Part shown: positions 53,464 through 64,000 of the stretch, one piece after another
Position numbering within the stretch: the stretch's first letter is position 1
How the letters are laid out: every line of letters begins with the position of its first letter
Assembly: GCA_021788365.1 (NCBI GenBank)
Contig: JAJYKS010000001.1
Location: 70,113 to 134,112, forward strand
Direction of reading: 5' to 3'
From: a bacterium
GTDB lineage: Bacteria; Patescibacteriota; Microgenomatia; UBA1400; UBA12108
DNA: 64,000 nt
Program-made: the position numbers and the translations under genes
Notes under the pieces: model-generated
The model's input: only the letters and a program-made list of their open reading frames with translations
Database searches by the model: none
Told to the model about the DNA's origin: nothing

Positions 53464-55827
53464 TTATTTGGCAAGGGCAAGCGCAAGAACTTCATCGATG
53501 GATTTCACTGGATGGAAGGCGAGGCCAGCCCGCACCTCTTTGGGGATTTTTTCCAAATCTTTGGTGTTCTCTGCCGGATGGATGATCTCTTTTAGCCCTG
53601 CGGTGTAGGCGGCAATTACCTTTTCTTTAAGACCTCCAATCTCAAGTACGCGGCCGCGAAGCGTGATTTCCCCCGTCATGCCGAGATGTTTTTTGACTGG
53701 GCGGCGAGTCAGTGCTGAGACTATAGCTGTTGTCATCGTGACTCCGGCACTGGGACCGTCTTTTGGCACTGCCCCTTCTGGAACGTGAATGTGGATATCG
53801 ATTTTTTTGTAAAAATCTGGCTTGAGCCCTAGCTCTTTATAGTGCGCACGTACGTAGCTCCAGGCCGCTTGAGCTGATTCTTTCATGACGTCACCGAGCT
53901 GGCCGGTAATTTGTAGGTGGCCACTCCCGGGCATCGTGGAGACCTCGATAAACAAGATCTCGCCACCAGCAGCGGTCCAGGCCAAGCCAGTTGCCATACC
54001 GACGGTATTCTTTTTCTCGGCGATGGTACCGGAGAAAACTGCCGGACCGAGGTAGTCGTGAAGATTTTCGATCGTTATGTTTGGTCGCTTAGTTTTATTG
54101 TTACCGTTTCCTGCAAGCTTGCGGGCGACTTTTCGGGCGACCTTGGCAATTTCCCGTTCCAGATCGCGCACACCAGCCTCACGAGTGTAACGACTAATTA
54201 TTTCTTTTAAGACGGTATCCGACAGTTTGAGGTCACTTGATTTTAGTGCGTTTTTCTCTACGACTTTGGGGAGTAGATATTGCCTTGCGATTGACAGCTT
54301 CTCCGCCGCTGTGTAGCTCGTAAATTGGATAACTTCTAGGCGGTCACGAAGTGCCGGTGGAATGGTATCCAAGACGTTTGCCGTTGCAATAAACATGACT
54401 CGCGATAGATCGAACGGCACTTCCAGATAGTGGTCGGAAAAGTCTTTATTTTGCTCCGGGTCTAGGGCTTCAAGGAGTGCGGCGGAGGGGTCACCCCGAA
54501 AATCGGTTCCCACCTTGTCGAGCTCGTCTAGCATAAAGACTGGATTCATAGAGCCGGCTTGTTTCATCCCCTCGATGATGCGGCCTGGCATGGCGCCGAT
54601 GTAGGTTTTGCGGTGGCCGCGGATCTCAGCCTCATCGCGAATACCCCCTAGACTAATTTTTATAAACTTTCGTTTCAGTGAGCGCGCAATGCTGCGCCCG
54701 ATCGATGTTTTTCCAACGCCCGGTGGACCTACAAAACAAAGTATCGTAGGGAGGGCCACGGCTTTGCCTTTATTTGTCTTTTGTTTTAGTTTCATGACGG
54801 CCAGATACTCGAGTATGCGTTCTTTTACTTCCTCGAGTCCGTAGTGGTCTTCGTTGAGTGTTTTCTCCGCCGTTTTTAGTGAGACGCGATCGCTCGTTAT
54901 GTGGCCCCAAGGAAGCTCTACCACCGTATCTAGCCAAGTACGCATGTAGCTTCCTTCGGGGTTGTTTGGCGACATGCGCTCCAAGCGCTCGAATTCCTTG
55001 TGAATCTTGTCTTTGACTGGTTTGTCTGCAACTAATTTGTGGATCTTCTCGTGTAACTCGTCCAATTCTGTCTCTTCGTCGTCTAGTTCGCCAAGTTCTT
55101 GCTTAATCGTATTTAGGCGCTCTCTGAGAACCGATTCACGCATACTCTTGCTAAATTTTTCCTGGGTTTTACTGGCGATACTTTTTTCGATCTCTAGGAC
55201 TTTCACTTCGCGGGCAAGGAGGTCGACGACGCGCTCTAGGCGTATTTTGAGATCGGTCGTCTCCAGGAGATTCTGTCGCTCTACCGTTGCAATTGTCAGT
55301 GTTGCGCTGACCTGGTCTGCAAGCTCAGAGGCAGATACTCCCGACATGAGTCGCATAAAATTGGTGAACTCTACGGCTTTGCCGAGATTCACCGCTTCGC
55401 GGAATGTGGCCGTCAGGTGGCGAGCAAGTGCCTCTACTTCTGGTGACATGGCGATGTTTTCCTCGAGCTCCACTACTTCTGCAAGCTGTACGGGCTCGTC
55501 GGCGGCTATGTTTACGAGTTTTATACGAGCGATGCCACGAACCAAGGCGTTTAGTTCATTGTCGGATTTTAAGGTTCGCTCTACAACACAGAGGGTACCC
55601 ACCCGATACAGGTCTTTTACCGCCGGTTCGTCGACGCCTGCATCTTTTTGGGTAAAGAGTGCCACCAATTTGTCCTCACGAGACAAGGCAGCATGGATGG
55701 CGTTCATTGATTTCTTGCGACCAAAGGTTAAGACCAATTCATTTGTGGGAAATACCACTACATCACGCACCGGGATGAGGGGTACCTGGCGAATTGGTTG
55801 TTTGCGGACTGGAACGAGAAAGCTCAT
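53464..55827 (-). CDS. lon: ATP-dependent Lon protease (LonA)
   Basis: LON N-domain, AAA+ GPPGVGKTS Walker A, C-terminal proteolytic domain with PKDGPSAG. Confidence 0.95.
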   Translation of the reverse strand: MSFLVPVRKQPIRQVPLIPVRDVVVFPTNELVLTFGRKKSMNAIHAALSREDKLVALFTQKDAGVDEPAVKDLYRVGTLCVVERTLKSDNELNALVRGIARIKLVNIAADEPVQLAEVVELEENIAMSPEVEALARHLTATFREAVNLGKAVEFTNFMRLMSGVSASELADQVSATLTIATVERQNLLETTDLKIRLERVVDLLAREVKVLEIEKSIASKTQEKFSKSMRESVLRERLNTIKQELGELDDEETELDELHEKIHKLVADKPVKDKIHKEFERLERMSPNNPEGSYMRTWLDTVVELPWGHITSDRVSLKTAEKTLNEDHYGLEEVKERILEYLAVMKLKQKTNKGKAVALPTILCFVGPPGVGKTSIGRSIARSLKRKFIKISLGGIRDEAEIRGHRKTYIGAMPGRIIEGMKQAGSMNPVFMLDELDKVGTDFRGDPSAALLEALDPEQNKDFSDHYLEVPFDLSRVMFIATANVLDTIPPALRDRLEVIQFTSYTAAEKLSIARQYLLPKVVEKNALKSSDLKLSDTVLKEIISRYTREAGVRDLEREIAKVARKVARKLAGNGNNKTKRPNITIENLHDYLGPAVFSGTIAEKKNTVGMATGLAWTAAGGEILFIEVSTMPGSGHLQITGQLGDVMKESAQAAWSYVRAHYKELGLKPDFYKKIDIHIHVPEGAVPKDGPSAGVTMTTAIVSALTRRPVKKHLGMTGEITLRGRVLEIGGLKEKVIAAYTAGLKEIIHPAENTKDLEKIPKEVRAGLAFHPVKSIDEVLALALAK

Positions 55828-55860
55828 ATATTAGCAGTGTAAACTACTGACTGCTAACTG

Positions 55861-56655
55861 TCAATTGATTTTGTCACCGACTTTTATGCCAAAATGCTCT
55901 GCAGCACTCTTGCCCTGCACAACAATTTCTATGAAACGGTGATCACGGTAGCCACTCGACCCCACAATAATACCTTCCTCGCTATTGGGGACGTCTTTTA
56001 GTCGGTTGTAGCACATGATTTCTCCCCAGGCAGTTTTTATTTTCTGCCCAGCTTTGTGCTCTACGTCTTCGGCCCAGGCAGTTGTCTTGCAGTTGCCAAA
56101 GTTATCGATGGAGTAAACGGCAAGAGGCGCATCCAAGAAATCGGCAAGAGCGTGTGTCTCAGAGGGTATGTCCATGCCTTGAAAATACCACTTGGCAACG
56201 CGTGGCAAAAACTCGAAACTACGAAATTGCGTGTCGGTAATAGGCTCACGTAAGTGCTCGGCGAGTTTACCCCCCTTGATCATGGCGTCTAACACTGTTG
56301 GGATGTCATACACTTCGATACTGTCGGCGAGACCGTATTTGCGAATCAACGATAATGTGGCACCGTCTACCGTCGCGAAGATGTCAGTATGGCGATATTT
56401 AATGTGACCAAAGGGGGTGCCGTTTGGCCATTTCTTGGCTTTACCGTGACGGGGAGCGACGTTGGCTAGAATAATGCCGGGCTCGTCCATGGCAGCATCC
56501 AGTGTTTCTATGATGGCGCCTGATGCCTCGAGGTCGGCGAAGTTACCGACAGCAACGAAGCTGACATTTGTCGCGGGGAAAAGCGTACTCGCCCGTACTA
56601 CTTGGCGATTGCGTGTTAGGGGATCATGGCAGTCATTGATGACGGTTACATACAT
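55861..56655 (-). CDS. SAM hydroxide adenosyltransferase / DUF62 (chlorinase-fluorinase-like) family protein
   Basis: N-terminal YVTVINDCHD (TDFG..D.Y-like) and two-domain layout of the DUF62 family; start at internal Met. Confidence 0.55.
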   Translation of the reverse strand: MYVTVINDCHDPLTRNRQVVRASTLFPATNVSFVAVGNFADLEASGAIIETLDAAMDEPGIILANVAPRHGKAKKWPNGTPFGHIKYRHTDIFATVDGATLSLIRKYGLADSIEVYDIPTVLDAMIKGGKLAEHLREPITDTQFRSFEFLPRVAKWYFQGMDIPSETHALADFLDAPLAVYSIDNFGNCKTTAWAEDVEHKAGQKIKTAWGEIMCYNRLKDVPNSEEGIIVGSSGYRDHRFIEIVVQGKSAAEHFGIKVGDKIN

Positions 56656-56666
56656 ACGGCGAGCTC

Positions 56667-56681
56667 CAATTTTCAATTTTC
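56667..56681 (-). promoter_or_regulatory. leader motif (GAAAATTG)2, identical 15-mer to the serS leader
   Basis: Plus strand caattttcaattttc at 56667-56681 matches 25839-25853; both sit 11-20 nt upstream of a minus-strand start codon. Confidence 0.3.
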
Positions 56682-56705
56682 GGTTTTCAAATAATAGAGA
56701 ACAGG

Positions 56706-57146
56706 TTATTTTAGCACGGCTTTTTTGGGTTCGCGGGAGATCCATAGGAGCACGATGATCACGGTGAGGGCAAGGAGCGAGAGTTGGGGAAAATCGATGA
56801 AGCCGAAGAGGCTCATGTAGCGCGTGGTGCAAGGTGTAGAGTTGGTACAGAGCGCGATCGTTTCGGGTATGACACCGTAATACAGCAGATTTTGATACAA
56901 ACCAAAGAGCCAGCCGAGAGCCGCAAGTGGGAGCGCATACATCCAAACTTTTTTATCGCCTCTAAACATGGCGATTGCGAGGATAATGGTCTGTGGATAC
57001 AGAGCGATCCGCTGATACCAACACAAATTGCACGGAGTGAACTTTAATATCTCGCTCCCGTAGAGCGAACCAACCATGGCAACCATGGCTTGCAGCCAAG
57101 CTAGTGGGACGGCATAGGGGCGAATGATGGCGAGTAGTTTTTGCAC
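56706..57146 (-). CDS. disulfide bond formation protein B (DsbB/BdbC family)
   Basis: PCNLCWYQRIALYPQ matches the BdbC/DsbB CxxC periplasmic loop; 4 TM. Confidence 0.7.
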   Translation of the reverse strand: MQKLLAIIRPYAVPLAWLQAMVAMVGSLYGSEILKFTPCNLCWYQRIALYPQTIILAIAMFRGDKKVWMYALPLAALGWLFGLYQNLLYYGVIPETIALCTNSTPCTTRYMSLFGFIDFPQLSLLALTVIIVLLWISREPKKAVLK

Positions 57147-57153
57147 AATGTGA

Positions 57154-57837
57154 TTATAACAAAGGTTTTTCTACTTCTTTCCACGTCCCTGGGAGTAGCG
57201 TTCCTAATTCCCAGGGTCCGAGGTGTGTGCGAATGAGGCGGAGAACTGGGTAGTGCAGTGCATCGCACATGCGGCGAACCTGGCGATTGCGCCCTTCGTG
57301 GATAGTCATGTCGAACCATGTATTACCACCCTCTGGAACAATGTTTTCTACTAGAGCCGGAGCGGTGACTCCATCCTCTAGGTGGACGCCTTCTCGGAGT
57401 ATTTTTAGCGATATTTCAGTTGGATTCCCTTTTACTAGCACGTGATATGTTTTCTTTATCTCGTATTTGGGGTGCGTTAGTTTTTCTGCGAGTGCGCCGT
57501 CGTTTGTCAGTAGTATCAATCCTTCTGAGTCGTAATCCAGCCGACCCACAGGATAGAGACGAACACCTTTTGGAACAAAGTCTAGGACAGTTTTGCGGCC
57601 CTCTGGGTCACTTGTGGTTGAGACCACACCGTGCGGCTTGTGGAGAAGATAGTAGACGTGACGCGCCTCGCCCTTAATTGGCACGCCGTTTACCAGTACC
57701 GTGTCATGAGCTGGGTCCACTGGCTGCCCTATACTCGCCACTTTGCCATTTACCGTAACTAGTCCTTGCCGTACCATGTCTTCGGCTTTGCGACGAGAGG
57801 TAATACCGGCGGCACTTAAGAATTTGTGTATACGCAT
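57154..57837 (-). CDS. rRNA pseudouridine synthase (RsuA/RluB family with S4 domain)
   Basis: N-terminal S4 (MRIHKFLSAAGITSRRKAEDMVRQGLVTVNG), catalytic GRLDYDSEGL. Confidence 0.8.
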   Translation of the reverse strand: MRIHKFLSAAGITSRRKAEDMVRQGLVTVNGKVASIGQPVDPAHDTVLVNGVPIKGEARHVYYLLHKPHGVVSTTSDPEGRKTVLDFVPKGVRLYPVGRLDYDSEGLILLTNDGALAEKLTHPKYEIKKTYHVLVKGNPTEISLKILREGVHLEDGVTAPALVENIVPEGGNTWFDMTIHEGRNRQVRRMCDALHYPVLRLIRTHLGPWELGTLLPGTWKEVEKPLL

Positions 57838-57871
57838 ATACTCCTTACCGCGTATGATACGCTATCCACAT

Positions 57872-58906
57872 ATGAAATGGATACTCGGTATTTTTGTTGC
57901 AGCACTACTTGCCTTTGTTGCTGCCGCACCCTATCTAACAGGCTCTACCGGTACTGTTGGGTCTATTATGGCGCTTCGAGACGCGACTAACTCTACAATT
58001 TCCGAGAAGATAGCGACCGTGCAGCTCTTACATCAAACGGTCGAGGCAACTTTGTACGATACTCAATCTTCCTACCGTGTCGGAGACCAAGTCATCCTGA
58101 CACGTGATGCGGCCGCTGGCGGCTATACCATTGCCGATCAGTTGCGAACTCCCGCGCTCCTTCAGATATTTGGTATATTCCTCATCGTTGCTGTGCTTAT
58201 GGCAGGACTGTCGGGTGTGCGTGCTTTGATGGGACTCTATATATCATTTGCCATCCTATTCTCATTTGTGTTGCCGCAAATCTCCAACGGGGCAGATCCC
58301 CTTGTTGTCACCCTCATGGCAAGCGTGCTTATTCTTGTCGTTACCTATTATCTTGCCCATGGCATCTCGACAAAAACTACCATAGCGGTTGTTGGTACTG
58401 CGATTGCGCTTTTTGTAACAGGGATCCTTGCCGTATCATTTGGGGCTTTGGCACACCTCAATGGGTTTGGGAATGAGGCGGCCGCATACTTACCCCAATC
58501 TCTCGCGCAGGGGTCCACTATCTATCACCTACTTTTGGCGGGGATTATTATTGCCACTCTTGGGGTCTTGAACGATATTACGATCGCACAATCCTCTGTT
58601 GTGTCTGAGCTACACGATGCCAGCACAAAAATGAGCACACGTGAACTTTTTACTCGCGGTATGCGAGTGGGACACGATCACATCGCCTCCCTCGTTAATA
58701 CCCTCATTCTTGTCTACGCGGGGAGTGCATTGCCCCTACTCATCCTTTTTACTAATAGCCGCGAGGCACCACTTGCACTCGTCAACTACGAGGCACTTGC
58801 AGAGGAAATTGTGCGAACCATGGTGGCGTCCATTGGTCTCGTTTTGGCTGTACCCATAACGACGGGCATCGCAGCATGGTGGTACAGTAAGAAAAAGCGA
58901 CGCTAG
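57872..58906 (+). CDS. YibE/F-family membrane protein
   Basis: Signal-anchor, extracytoplasmic N domain, then about 7 TM; start at internal Met. Confidence 0.55.
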   Translation: MKWILGIFVAALLAFVAAAPYLTGSTGTVGSIMALRDATNSTISEKIATVQLLHQTVEATLYDTQSSYRVGDQVILTRDAAAGGYTIADQLRTPALLQIFGIFLIVAVLMAGLSGVRALMGLYISFAILFSFVLPQISNGADPLVVTLMASVLILVVTYYLAHGISTKTTIAVVGTAIALFVTGILAVSFGALAHLNGFGNEAAAYLPQSLAQGSTIYHLLLAGIIIATLGVLNDITIAQSSVVSELHDASTKMSTRELFTRGMRVGHDHIASLVNTLILVYAGSALPLLILFTNSREAPLALVNYEALAEEIVRTMVASIGLVLAVPITTGIAAWWYSKKKRR

Positions 58907-59409
58907 TTGAGTATGACTATCCCCAGGTTGAGTAGCGTTGCAAATGACACCCAGGCGAGGTAGGGGTAAAGCAAGTACGCTGCTACCGGCGTCAATTTGT
59001 TGGCGAGCGTGATGAGACGGTAGATGACATACCATAGCGCGGCGATAATGAGCATACTCAGACGGATATTATGCGCGCCAAAAAATACCAGTGACCAGCC
59101 AAAGTTGAGCGCGAGTTGCAAGGCATAGGTTGTATAGAACGATTGCGCCTTGGGACGAAATGAGTATTTTACCCAGACAAGGTAGGCAGAGAGCGCCATT
59201 GCAATGTAGAGGAGCGTCCATACCGGTCCAAAGATACTATTGGGCGGCGTGAAGAATGGCTTATGCAGCCCTGCGTACCACGTTGGGATGGCACCCACTG
59301 TTGCAAGTGAACCCAAAAAACCAATTGCGAGCGCAATACCTATTGAGATCACGAGCGCGTCCCAGTGGATTTCGATGGGATCCTGTGTGCGACGAACTTT
59401 AAGTGGCAT
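58903..59409 (-). CDS. TspO/MBR-family tryptophan-rich sensory protein
   Basis: W..LHKPFFTPPNSIFGPVWTLLYIAMALSAYLVW matches the TspO core; 5 TM. Confidence 0.75.
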   Translation of the reverse strand: MPLKVRRTQDPIEIHWDALVISIGIALAIGFLGSLATVGAIPTWYAGLHKPFFTPPNSIFGPVWTLLYIAMALSAYLVWVKYSFRPKAQSFYTTYALQLALNFGWSLVFFGAHNIRLSMLIIAALWYVIYRLITLANKLTPVAAYLLYPYLAWVSFATLLNLGIVILN

Positions 59410-59426
59410 AGCCTAACTATAGCAAA

Positions 59427-60038
59427 TTAGACGGTTACTATGTATTTTTTGGCGCCATCTACGATGAGCGCTTGGTCATTACGCAGCCGCGTTACTGTAT
59501 CTCCCCACACCGCATCCAGCTTTTCGTACCGCTCACGGTACTTTTCTTGATCGTAGTGAGGAACGAGTCTCTCGGGAATAAAGCCGAGTGCCGTAAAGTC
59601 GGTGAGCTCGGGGACCTGATCAGGATGGTCAATTGTGATCAGATAATCGAGCGATGGGCCAAGCAGTGCCGAGCCAGCACTACTGCCGACATATACCTTC
59701 CCCTCGAGCAGATGCTTGAGAGCCTCAGTGAAGCCTGATTTTATAGCATGATAGAGCAGGTAAAACGTGTTACCGCCTTCGACGTAGATGACGTCGTACA
59801 CAGATAGATCTTTTGCAAGAACTTCTGGTGTTTTGTTTTTCAGATCGTAGTTGGTCGTCACAAATCCCATCGAGACAACCTTGGTACGGTCCAGGTCGTA
59901 CCATGGGCGGTTGTCGGTGGGGTATGGGTCGGCGGCTGTCGTAATAAAAGCCAACTTTAGTTTATGTGGATCGGCCGGCAAAAGGGGGAGAACAAGGTCG
60001 AGTGAATCACTGGCACGTGAGGCAAGAAAGAGTTTCAT
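59427..60038 (-). CDS. peptidase S51 (dipeptidase E-like) family protein
   Basis: YVEGGNTFYLL...VYVGSSAGSALLG catalytic Ser region. Confidence 0.65.
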   Translation of the reverse strand: MKLFLASRASDSLDLVLPLLPADPHKLKLAFITTAADPYPTDNRPWYDLDRTKVVSMGFVTTNYDLKNKTPEVLAKDLSVYDVIYVEGGNTFYLLYHAIKSGFTEALKHLLEGKVYVGSSAGSALLGPSLDYLITIDHPDQVPELTDFTALGFIPERLVPHYDQEKYRERYEKLDAVWGDTVTRLRNDQALIVDGAKKYIVTV

Positions 60039-60039
60039 A

Positions 60040-60342
60040 TCATTTCACTATACCGTTGAGCCAGTGAGTAAAGTCATCGTTTATATGTTCTACTTTGAGG
60101 GCGCCGACAAAATTGTCGTAGTTGATGTGAGATTTCACGACACCCAGTACATGGTCATAGTAATCTTCTTTGGTTTTCACGATGAGCACCGTTTCTGGCT
60201 CTTCAGTTACTTCACCTTTATACTTGTAGATACAGGTGATGGGGAAAAAGTTGACGCAGTTGGCGAAATTCTTTTCCAGGAGTTCATTGCCAATGGTGCG
60301 AGCCTCAGCGGCGTCATTTAGGGTTATGTAGATAGCTATCAT
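60040..60342 (-). CDS. cutA: divalent-cation tolerance protein CutA
   Basis: 100-aa CutA1 fold (IAIYITLND...CVNFFPITCIYKYKGEV). Confidence 0.8.
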   Translation of the reverse strand: MIAIYITLNDAAEARTIGNELLEKNFANCVNFFPITCIYKYKGEVTEEPETVLIVKTKEDYYDHVLGVVKSHINYDNFVGALKVEHINDDFTHWLNGIVK

Positions 60343-60581
60343 GAGACTATTTTATACCCCAATTTCTCAATGGTCTTGTAAATCTCCGACAGCGAGATTT
60401 TCGCGGGATCGTAATTAACGACCGACTCTTGTTTGGCGTAGCTTGTATGGGAAGATAAGACGCCGGTGGTTTCTTCTAGTTCGCCATCGATATTTATTGA
60501 GCACGAGCTGCAATGGAGGCCAGATAATTTTAGAGTTGCGGTCTCGCCGGCTGGTTTCGTTTTTTTAAAGAGATTAAACAT
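60339..60581 (-). CDS. HMA-domain copper chaperone (CopZ-like)
   Basis: LKLSGLHCSSCSINIDGELEE in a ~70-aa ferredoxin-like fold; start at internal Met. Confidence 0.65.
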   Translation of the reverse strand: MFNLFKKTKPAGETATLKLSGLHCSSCSINIDGELEETTGVLSSHTSYAKQESVVNYDPAKISLSEIYKTIEKLGYKIVS

Positions 60582-60625
60582 AGATGATCCTTTGACTTCG
60601 CTCAGGATCCTCTGGTACTGGCGTA

Positions 60626-61693
60626 CTAGAGGACCTCCATGGTGCCGGTGTACATGCCCATGCTGCACGAAAATGTGTATAACCCGGCTTGCGTGGGCGT
60701 AAATGTGTGTACCTTGAATGTTCCGGGACTAATGTAGTCGGCAATACCAAAAGACCTAAACGTAAAACTGGCTGCGCAGCTATAGACGCCTGTCGCGGTC
60801 GTGAGGGTGAGCTCCACGGGTACCCCGCGGGCAACCCGTACATAGCTCGGTGAGTAACCGGTATTTTCTATGGCTATTTTCACCTTTTGTACCCCATCCA
60901 CTACCGCTACTGTTGGCTCTGCCAACTGAGCTGCTTTGCCCATATTGTAGGGAGGAAGTAGTGCGACTAATTTTGGTCCCAACCTGTCGAGCGCGAGGGG
61001 AGCGTCTAGCGCAGTTGCAACACCATTTAATCCTACCAATCCCATAATGACGAGTACCGCCGCGGCAGCTCGCAGGAAGTGGCGTCGCCATACTTCTGAG
61101 AACTTTGCTGTTGCTATACCAATCACAAAGAACATGGGAGCGGTGCCTGCAACAAATGCCCCCATAGTTAGAGCACCAACGACGGGTGATCCTGAGTTAA
61201 TTGCCAGTACTTCCATGGCTTGCGTGACACCACATGGGATAAAAATCGTGAGGAGTCCGAGGAGCGCCGGCGTAAACAGTGCGCGGCGAGAGGTCGTGTT
61301 CTTTATAAGCTTATATGCGAAGCGAGGTGGGCGCATGGATAGATAGCGGAAGATAGGGTGGATCTCCAGTAAGTTACCGGCGGTGGCAATCATAAAGAGT
61401 GAAACGACTGCTTGGAATATCAGTCGTGGCGTAGTTGAGAGCACCAGTACGCCACCCAACACACCGAGGAGTGCGCCAAGCGCCATGTGTATGAGTAATT
61501 TTGCTGTGAGAAAGGCGGTAACCGGTCCCCAGTCGTCTACACCGAAGCTACCCGGGGCGATTGCTTTCCCACCGCGTTCTACTTGCTCTAATTTTTGATT
61601 GGCAATGGCTGACGCGAGAAATCCACCTTGTAGTGCGGCGCAGCTTACTCCTCCCGAAGTCAATCCGGTAAGAAAGATGAAAAGATAGTTCAT
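60626..61693 (-). CDS. permease with intramembrane Cys (TauE/CcdA-like?) fused to a C-terminal cupredoxin-like domain
   Basis: TM core with [11 protein letters not shown] and [11 protein letters not shown]; C-terminal beta domain ...[18 protein letters not shown] is cupredoxin_1-like; start overlaps the copA stop by 4 nt. Confidence 0.5.
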   Translation of the reverse strand: MNYLFIFLTGLTSGGVSCAALQGGFLASAIANQKLEQVERGGKAIAPGSFGVDDWGPVTAFLTAKLLIHMALGALLGVLGGVLVLSTTPRLIFQAVVSLFMIATAGNLLEIHPIFRYLSMRPPRFAYKLIKNTTSRRALFTPALLGLLTIFIPCGVTQAMEVLAINSGSPVVGALTMGAFVAGTAPMFFVIGIATAKFSEVWRRHFLRAAAAVLVIMGLVGLNGVATALDAPLALDRLGPKLVALLPPYNMGKAAQLAEPTVAVVDGVQKVKIAIENTGYSPSYVRVARGVPVELTLTTATGVYSCAASFTFRSFGIADYISPGTFKVHTFTPTQAGLYTFSCSMGMYTGTMEVL

Positions 61694-63864
61694 ACCTTTA
61701 CCTTTCGCAGCCGCAGCGCATTCGTTACTACCGAAACGGAGGAGAAGGCCATGGCTGCTCCGGCCAACATCGGTGACAGCTGTAGGTGCCAAACTGGATA
61801 GAAAACGCCCATGGCAACTGGAATGAGCACGATGTTGTAGCCAAACGCCCAAATGAGATTTTCTTGTATGTTGCGGAGGGTGACGCGAGCGAGACGAAAA
61901 ACAACGGGCACGAGCGTTATATCACTCCTCAGAAGCGTAATTCCGGAGGAAGCTATCGCTACGTCGGTTCCTCCGCCCATTGCAATGCCTACGGTTGCGG
62001 CTGCAAGGGCCGGTGCATCGTTTATTCCGTCTCCAACCATGGCTACCCCACCAGCCTGGTATTTTTGCACAATTGCTTCTTTTCCCTCAGGAAGCACCCC
62101 AGCCTCAACTGAGGTTATCCCAACCTCACGGGCAACAATGTCGGCAACCTGCTGTGCGTCACCCGTTACCATAACCGGCACGATGCCAAGCGCTTTTACC
62201 GCCCCAATCGTAGCGGCACTCTCCTGCCTTACTGTATCTGATACGGCGAGACGGCCAACATCTACGCCGTTTTGTGCGACATAGATTATTGTCCAGCCTT
62301 TTTCTCCCCATACTTTACTTTGTGCGGTAAGCTCACGCGATTCTAAGACTTTTTCGCGCGCAAGGAGCGTTGCACTCCCTATAAGCACAACATCTTTATT
62401 TACTTTGGCGATGACACCCATACCGGGAATATCTTTTACCGTGACTACGTTTTCTTTACTCCCTGATAATCCTTTGGCGATAGCTGTGGCTAGTGGGTGC
62501 GCCGATCGCTCTTCTATGGCTTTAACGATAGATTCCGTTCCCTTTATGTCATTCCCGATGAACAATTTTGCTTGTACTGAAGGAATTCCTTCGGTAAGCG
62601 TACCTGTTTTGTCAAAGAGTACGTGTTTTACTTTTGACGCTGCCTCAAGTGTTTCTGCGTTTTTTATTAAGATGCCGAGATGGGCGGCACGGCCGGTTGC
62701 CACAATGATCGATGTAGGGGTAGCAAGTCCCAACGCACAGGGGCACGCAACAACTAAAACAGCCACCATACGAATAAGCGCTGGCTGTACTCCCGCAATA
62801 GGGAACCATACCAAAAAGGTTAGTGCGGCAAGCACAAGTACTATAGGAACAAAATACGCAGAAACTTTGTCTGCGAGACGCTCTATCTGTGCCCGCGATC
62901 CCTGCGCCTCTCGCACAAGTTTAACAATACTCGCGAGTACCGTATCTTCTCCAACGTGACTTACGGAGAATTCTATGGCTCCGCCTATATTTACTGTGGC
63001 ACCTACAACAATATCACCTACCTGTTTTTCCACCGGCAAACTTTCTCCAGTGATCATGCTTTCGTCCACCGAAGTTTCTCCTTTCGTAATCGTCCCATCG
63101 GTGGGAATTTTTTCACCGGGTTTTACGAGGATGATATCGCCGACCACTATCTCGGCGAGCGGTACGGTAACTGGCCGACCATTTTTTAGTACAGTAGCAG
63201 ACTTTGCCGATAAATCGAGAAGTTTTCGTATTGCCTCTCCGGTCTTACCCTTGGCGCGCATTTCTAGGTATTTCCCAAGTAGTACTAAAACAATCACAAC
63301 GGCGGAGGACTCAAAATACAAATCGGACGGCGCGCGGGCGGAAAGTGTCGCCAAGACGAGCGCCATTACCGAATACCCATACGCAACGCTCGTACCCATG
63401 ACGACGAGCGTGTCCATATCTGCGACGCGATTTTTCAGCCCTGACCAAGCGCTTTGATAAAACGAGCGACCTATCCAGAACTGAACCGGCGTTGCCAAAA
63501 TGAGTTGCACCCAAGGGTTGTCGAGTATGGGAACGTGCAACATTGCCCCAGCTAGTAGGGGGAGGACAAGTGTGGCACCTATCGCTACCTTTTTGCGGAG
63601 TGTCGCAAGTGTTTGTTCCATGTCTCTCTCTGCTTCTACTTCCGAATCGTGAAGGTGCGGGATATATCCGAGTGAGCTAACGACGTCAGCGAGGGTTTGT
63701 TTTTTGCAACTTGTCGGATCATAGGTGATATGCGCCACTTCGGCGCCGTAATTGACTGCTGCATCCGAGACTCCAGATACTTTCTTTAACTTGCGCTCGA
63801 TATTGGCTGCACAAGAAGCACAATGCATCCCCCCGATACGGAAGCTAACGTTTTCGTTGTTCAT
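61690..63864 (-). CDS. copA: copper-translocating P1B-type ATPase
   Basis: N-terminal [20 protein letters not shown] motif [26 protein letters not shown]. Confidence 0.9.
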   Translation of the reverse strand: MNNENVSFRIGGMHCASCAANIERKLKKVSGVSDAAVNYGAEVAHITYDPTSCKKQTLADVVSSLGYIPHLHDSEVEAERDMEQTLATLRKKVAIGATLVLPLLAGAMLHVPILDNPWVQLILATPVQFWIGRSFYQSAWSGLKNRVADMDTLVVMGTSVAYGYSVMALVLATLSARAPSDLYFESSAVVIVLVLLGKYLEMRAKGKTGEAIRKLLDLSAKSATVLKNGRPVTVPLAEIVVGDIILVKPGEKIPTDGTITKGETSVDESMITGESLPVEKQVGDIVVGATVNIGGAIEFSVSHVGEDTVLASIVKLVREAQGSRAQIERLADKVSAYFVPIVLVLAALTFLVWFPIAGVQPALIRMVAVLVVACPCALGLATPTSIIVATGRAAHLGILIKNAETLEAASKVKHVLFDKTGTLTEGIPSVQAKLFIGNDIKGTESIVKAIEERSAHPLATAIAKGLSGSKENVVTVKDIPGMGVIAKVNKDVVLIGSATLLAREKVLESRELTAQSKVWGEKGWTIIYVAQNGVDVGRLAVSDTVRQESAATIGAVKALGIVPVMVTGDAQQVADIVAREVGITSVEAGVLPEGKEAIVQKYQAGGVAMVGDGINDAPALAAATVGIAMGGGTDVAIASSGITLLRSDITLVPVVFRLARVTLRNIQENLIWAFGYNIVLIPVAMGVFYPVWHLQLSPMLAGAAMAFSSVSVVTNALRLRKVKV

Positions 63865-64000
63865 GCGACCCTTTTATCCACATATATCGAATAACCACAA
63901 CAAGCAGTATTACGACTTCACTGCTGATAATCCACGGTACAAATGACCATCCCGGCGACATATTCCGTGGATTTGATGTGCTAGGGGTTATCACACTATC

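Noticed and set aside
55007-55834. 275-aa Ser-rich plus-strand ORF, plus several 60-100-aa ORFs
   Set aside because: They are antisense to lon and low-complexity, typical of spurious ORFs opposite a GC-skewed coding strand.
62405-63457. 184- and 160-aa plus-strand ORFs
   Set aside because: They are antisense to copA and Ala/Ser/Thr/Pro-rich with no motifs. They read like shadow ORFs.

Overview
This 64-kb window comes from a compact, gene-dense bacterial chromosome with GC estimated by eye at about 50%. Its housekeeping genes are translationally coupled and lie almost entirely on the minus strand. The lineage cannot be assigned from sequence alone. It looks like a reduced Gram-positive-type or CPR/Patescibacteria-like organism.

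Host genes I can support include secA, serS with a T-box leader, lysS, greA, lon, truB, rdgB and an Fe/Mn superoxide dismutase. Also present are a signal peptidase I with a C-terminal CAP/YkwD-like domain, an Nramp transporter, an MprF-like lipid synthase, a DedA protein, TspO, cutA and a copA-copZ copper operon.

The chromosome is interrupted by two integrated elements built the same way. In each, a tRNA gene's 3' end is overlapped in antisense by the 3' end of a large serine recombinase gene.

1. Element 1 (about 3.7-7.36 kb) sits at tRNA-Pro(GGG). It carries a terminase-small-subunit-like HTH protein, a Zn-ribbon-anchored tandem-repeat surface protein and a possibly HEPN-like hypothetical. 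Its left boundary is unresolved.

2. Element 2 (31.97-49.90 kb, about 17.9 kb) sits at tRNA-Glu(CUC) and is bounded by a 16-bp direct repeat. Its backbone looks AT-rich. It has a VirD4/TrwB-like coupling protein and a replication-relaxation-family relaxase but no mating-pore genes, so it reads as an integrative mobilizable element. Its cargo includes an ArsR-controlled merA-merT-merP mercury cassette of distinctly higher GC. It also carries an operon headed by a BlaI/CopY-family repressor and a sensorless BlaR1-type M56 protease. That operon encodes a DsbA-like oxidoreductase and a family of paralogous proteins with a CxxC transmembrane module and a PCC...C.H cysteine-rich extracytoplasmic domain, present in both split and fused forms. 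I could not place these domains in a known family. This operon is my best candidate for an undescribed envelope thiol/metal system.

Smaller observations, detailed under findings:
- An in-frame duplicated SecA zinc-finger tail lies directly after the secA stop.
- An ATP-cone/Mrr-like endonuclease gene is coupled to the signal peptidase I-CAP fusion.
- A 15-nt (GAAAATTG)n motif is shared by the serS and DUF62 leaders.
- A metallophosphoesterase gene is frameshifted at a T9 run.
- A copA operon carries a permease-cupredoxin fusion.

There is no CRISPR array and no rRNA in the window.
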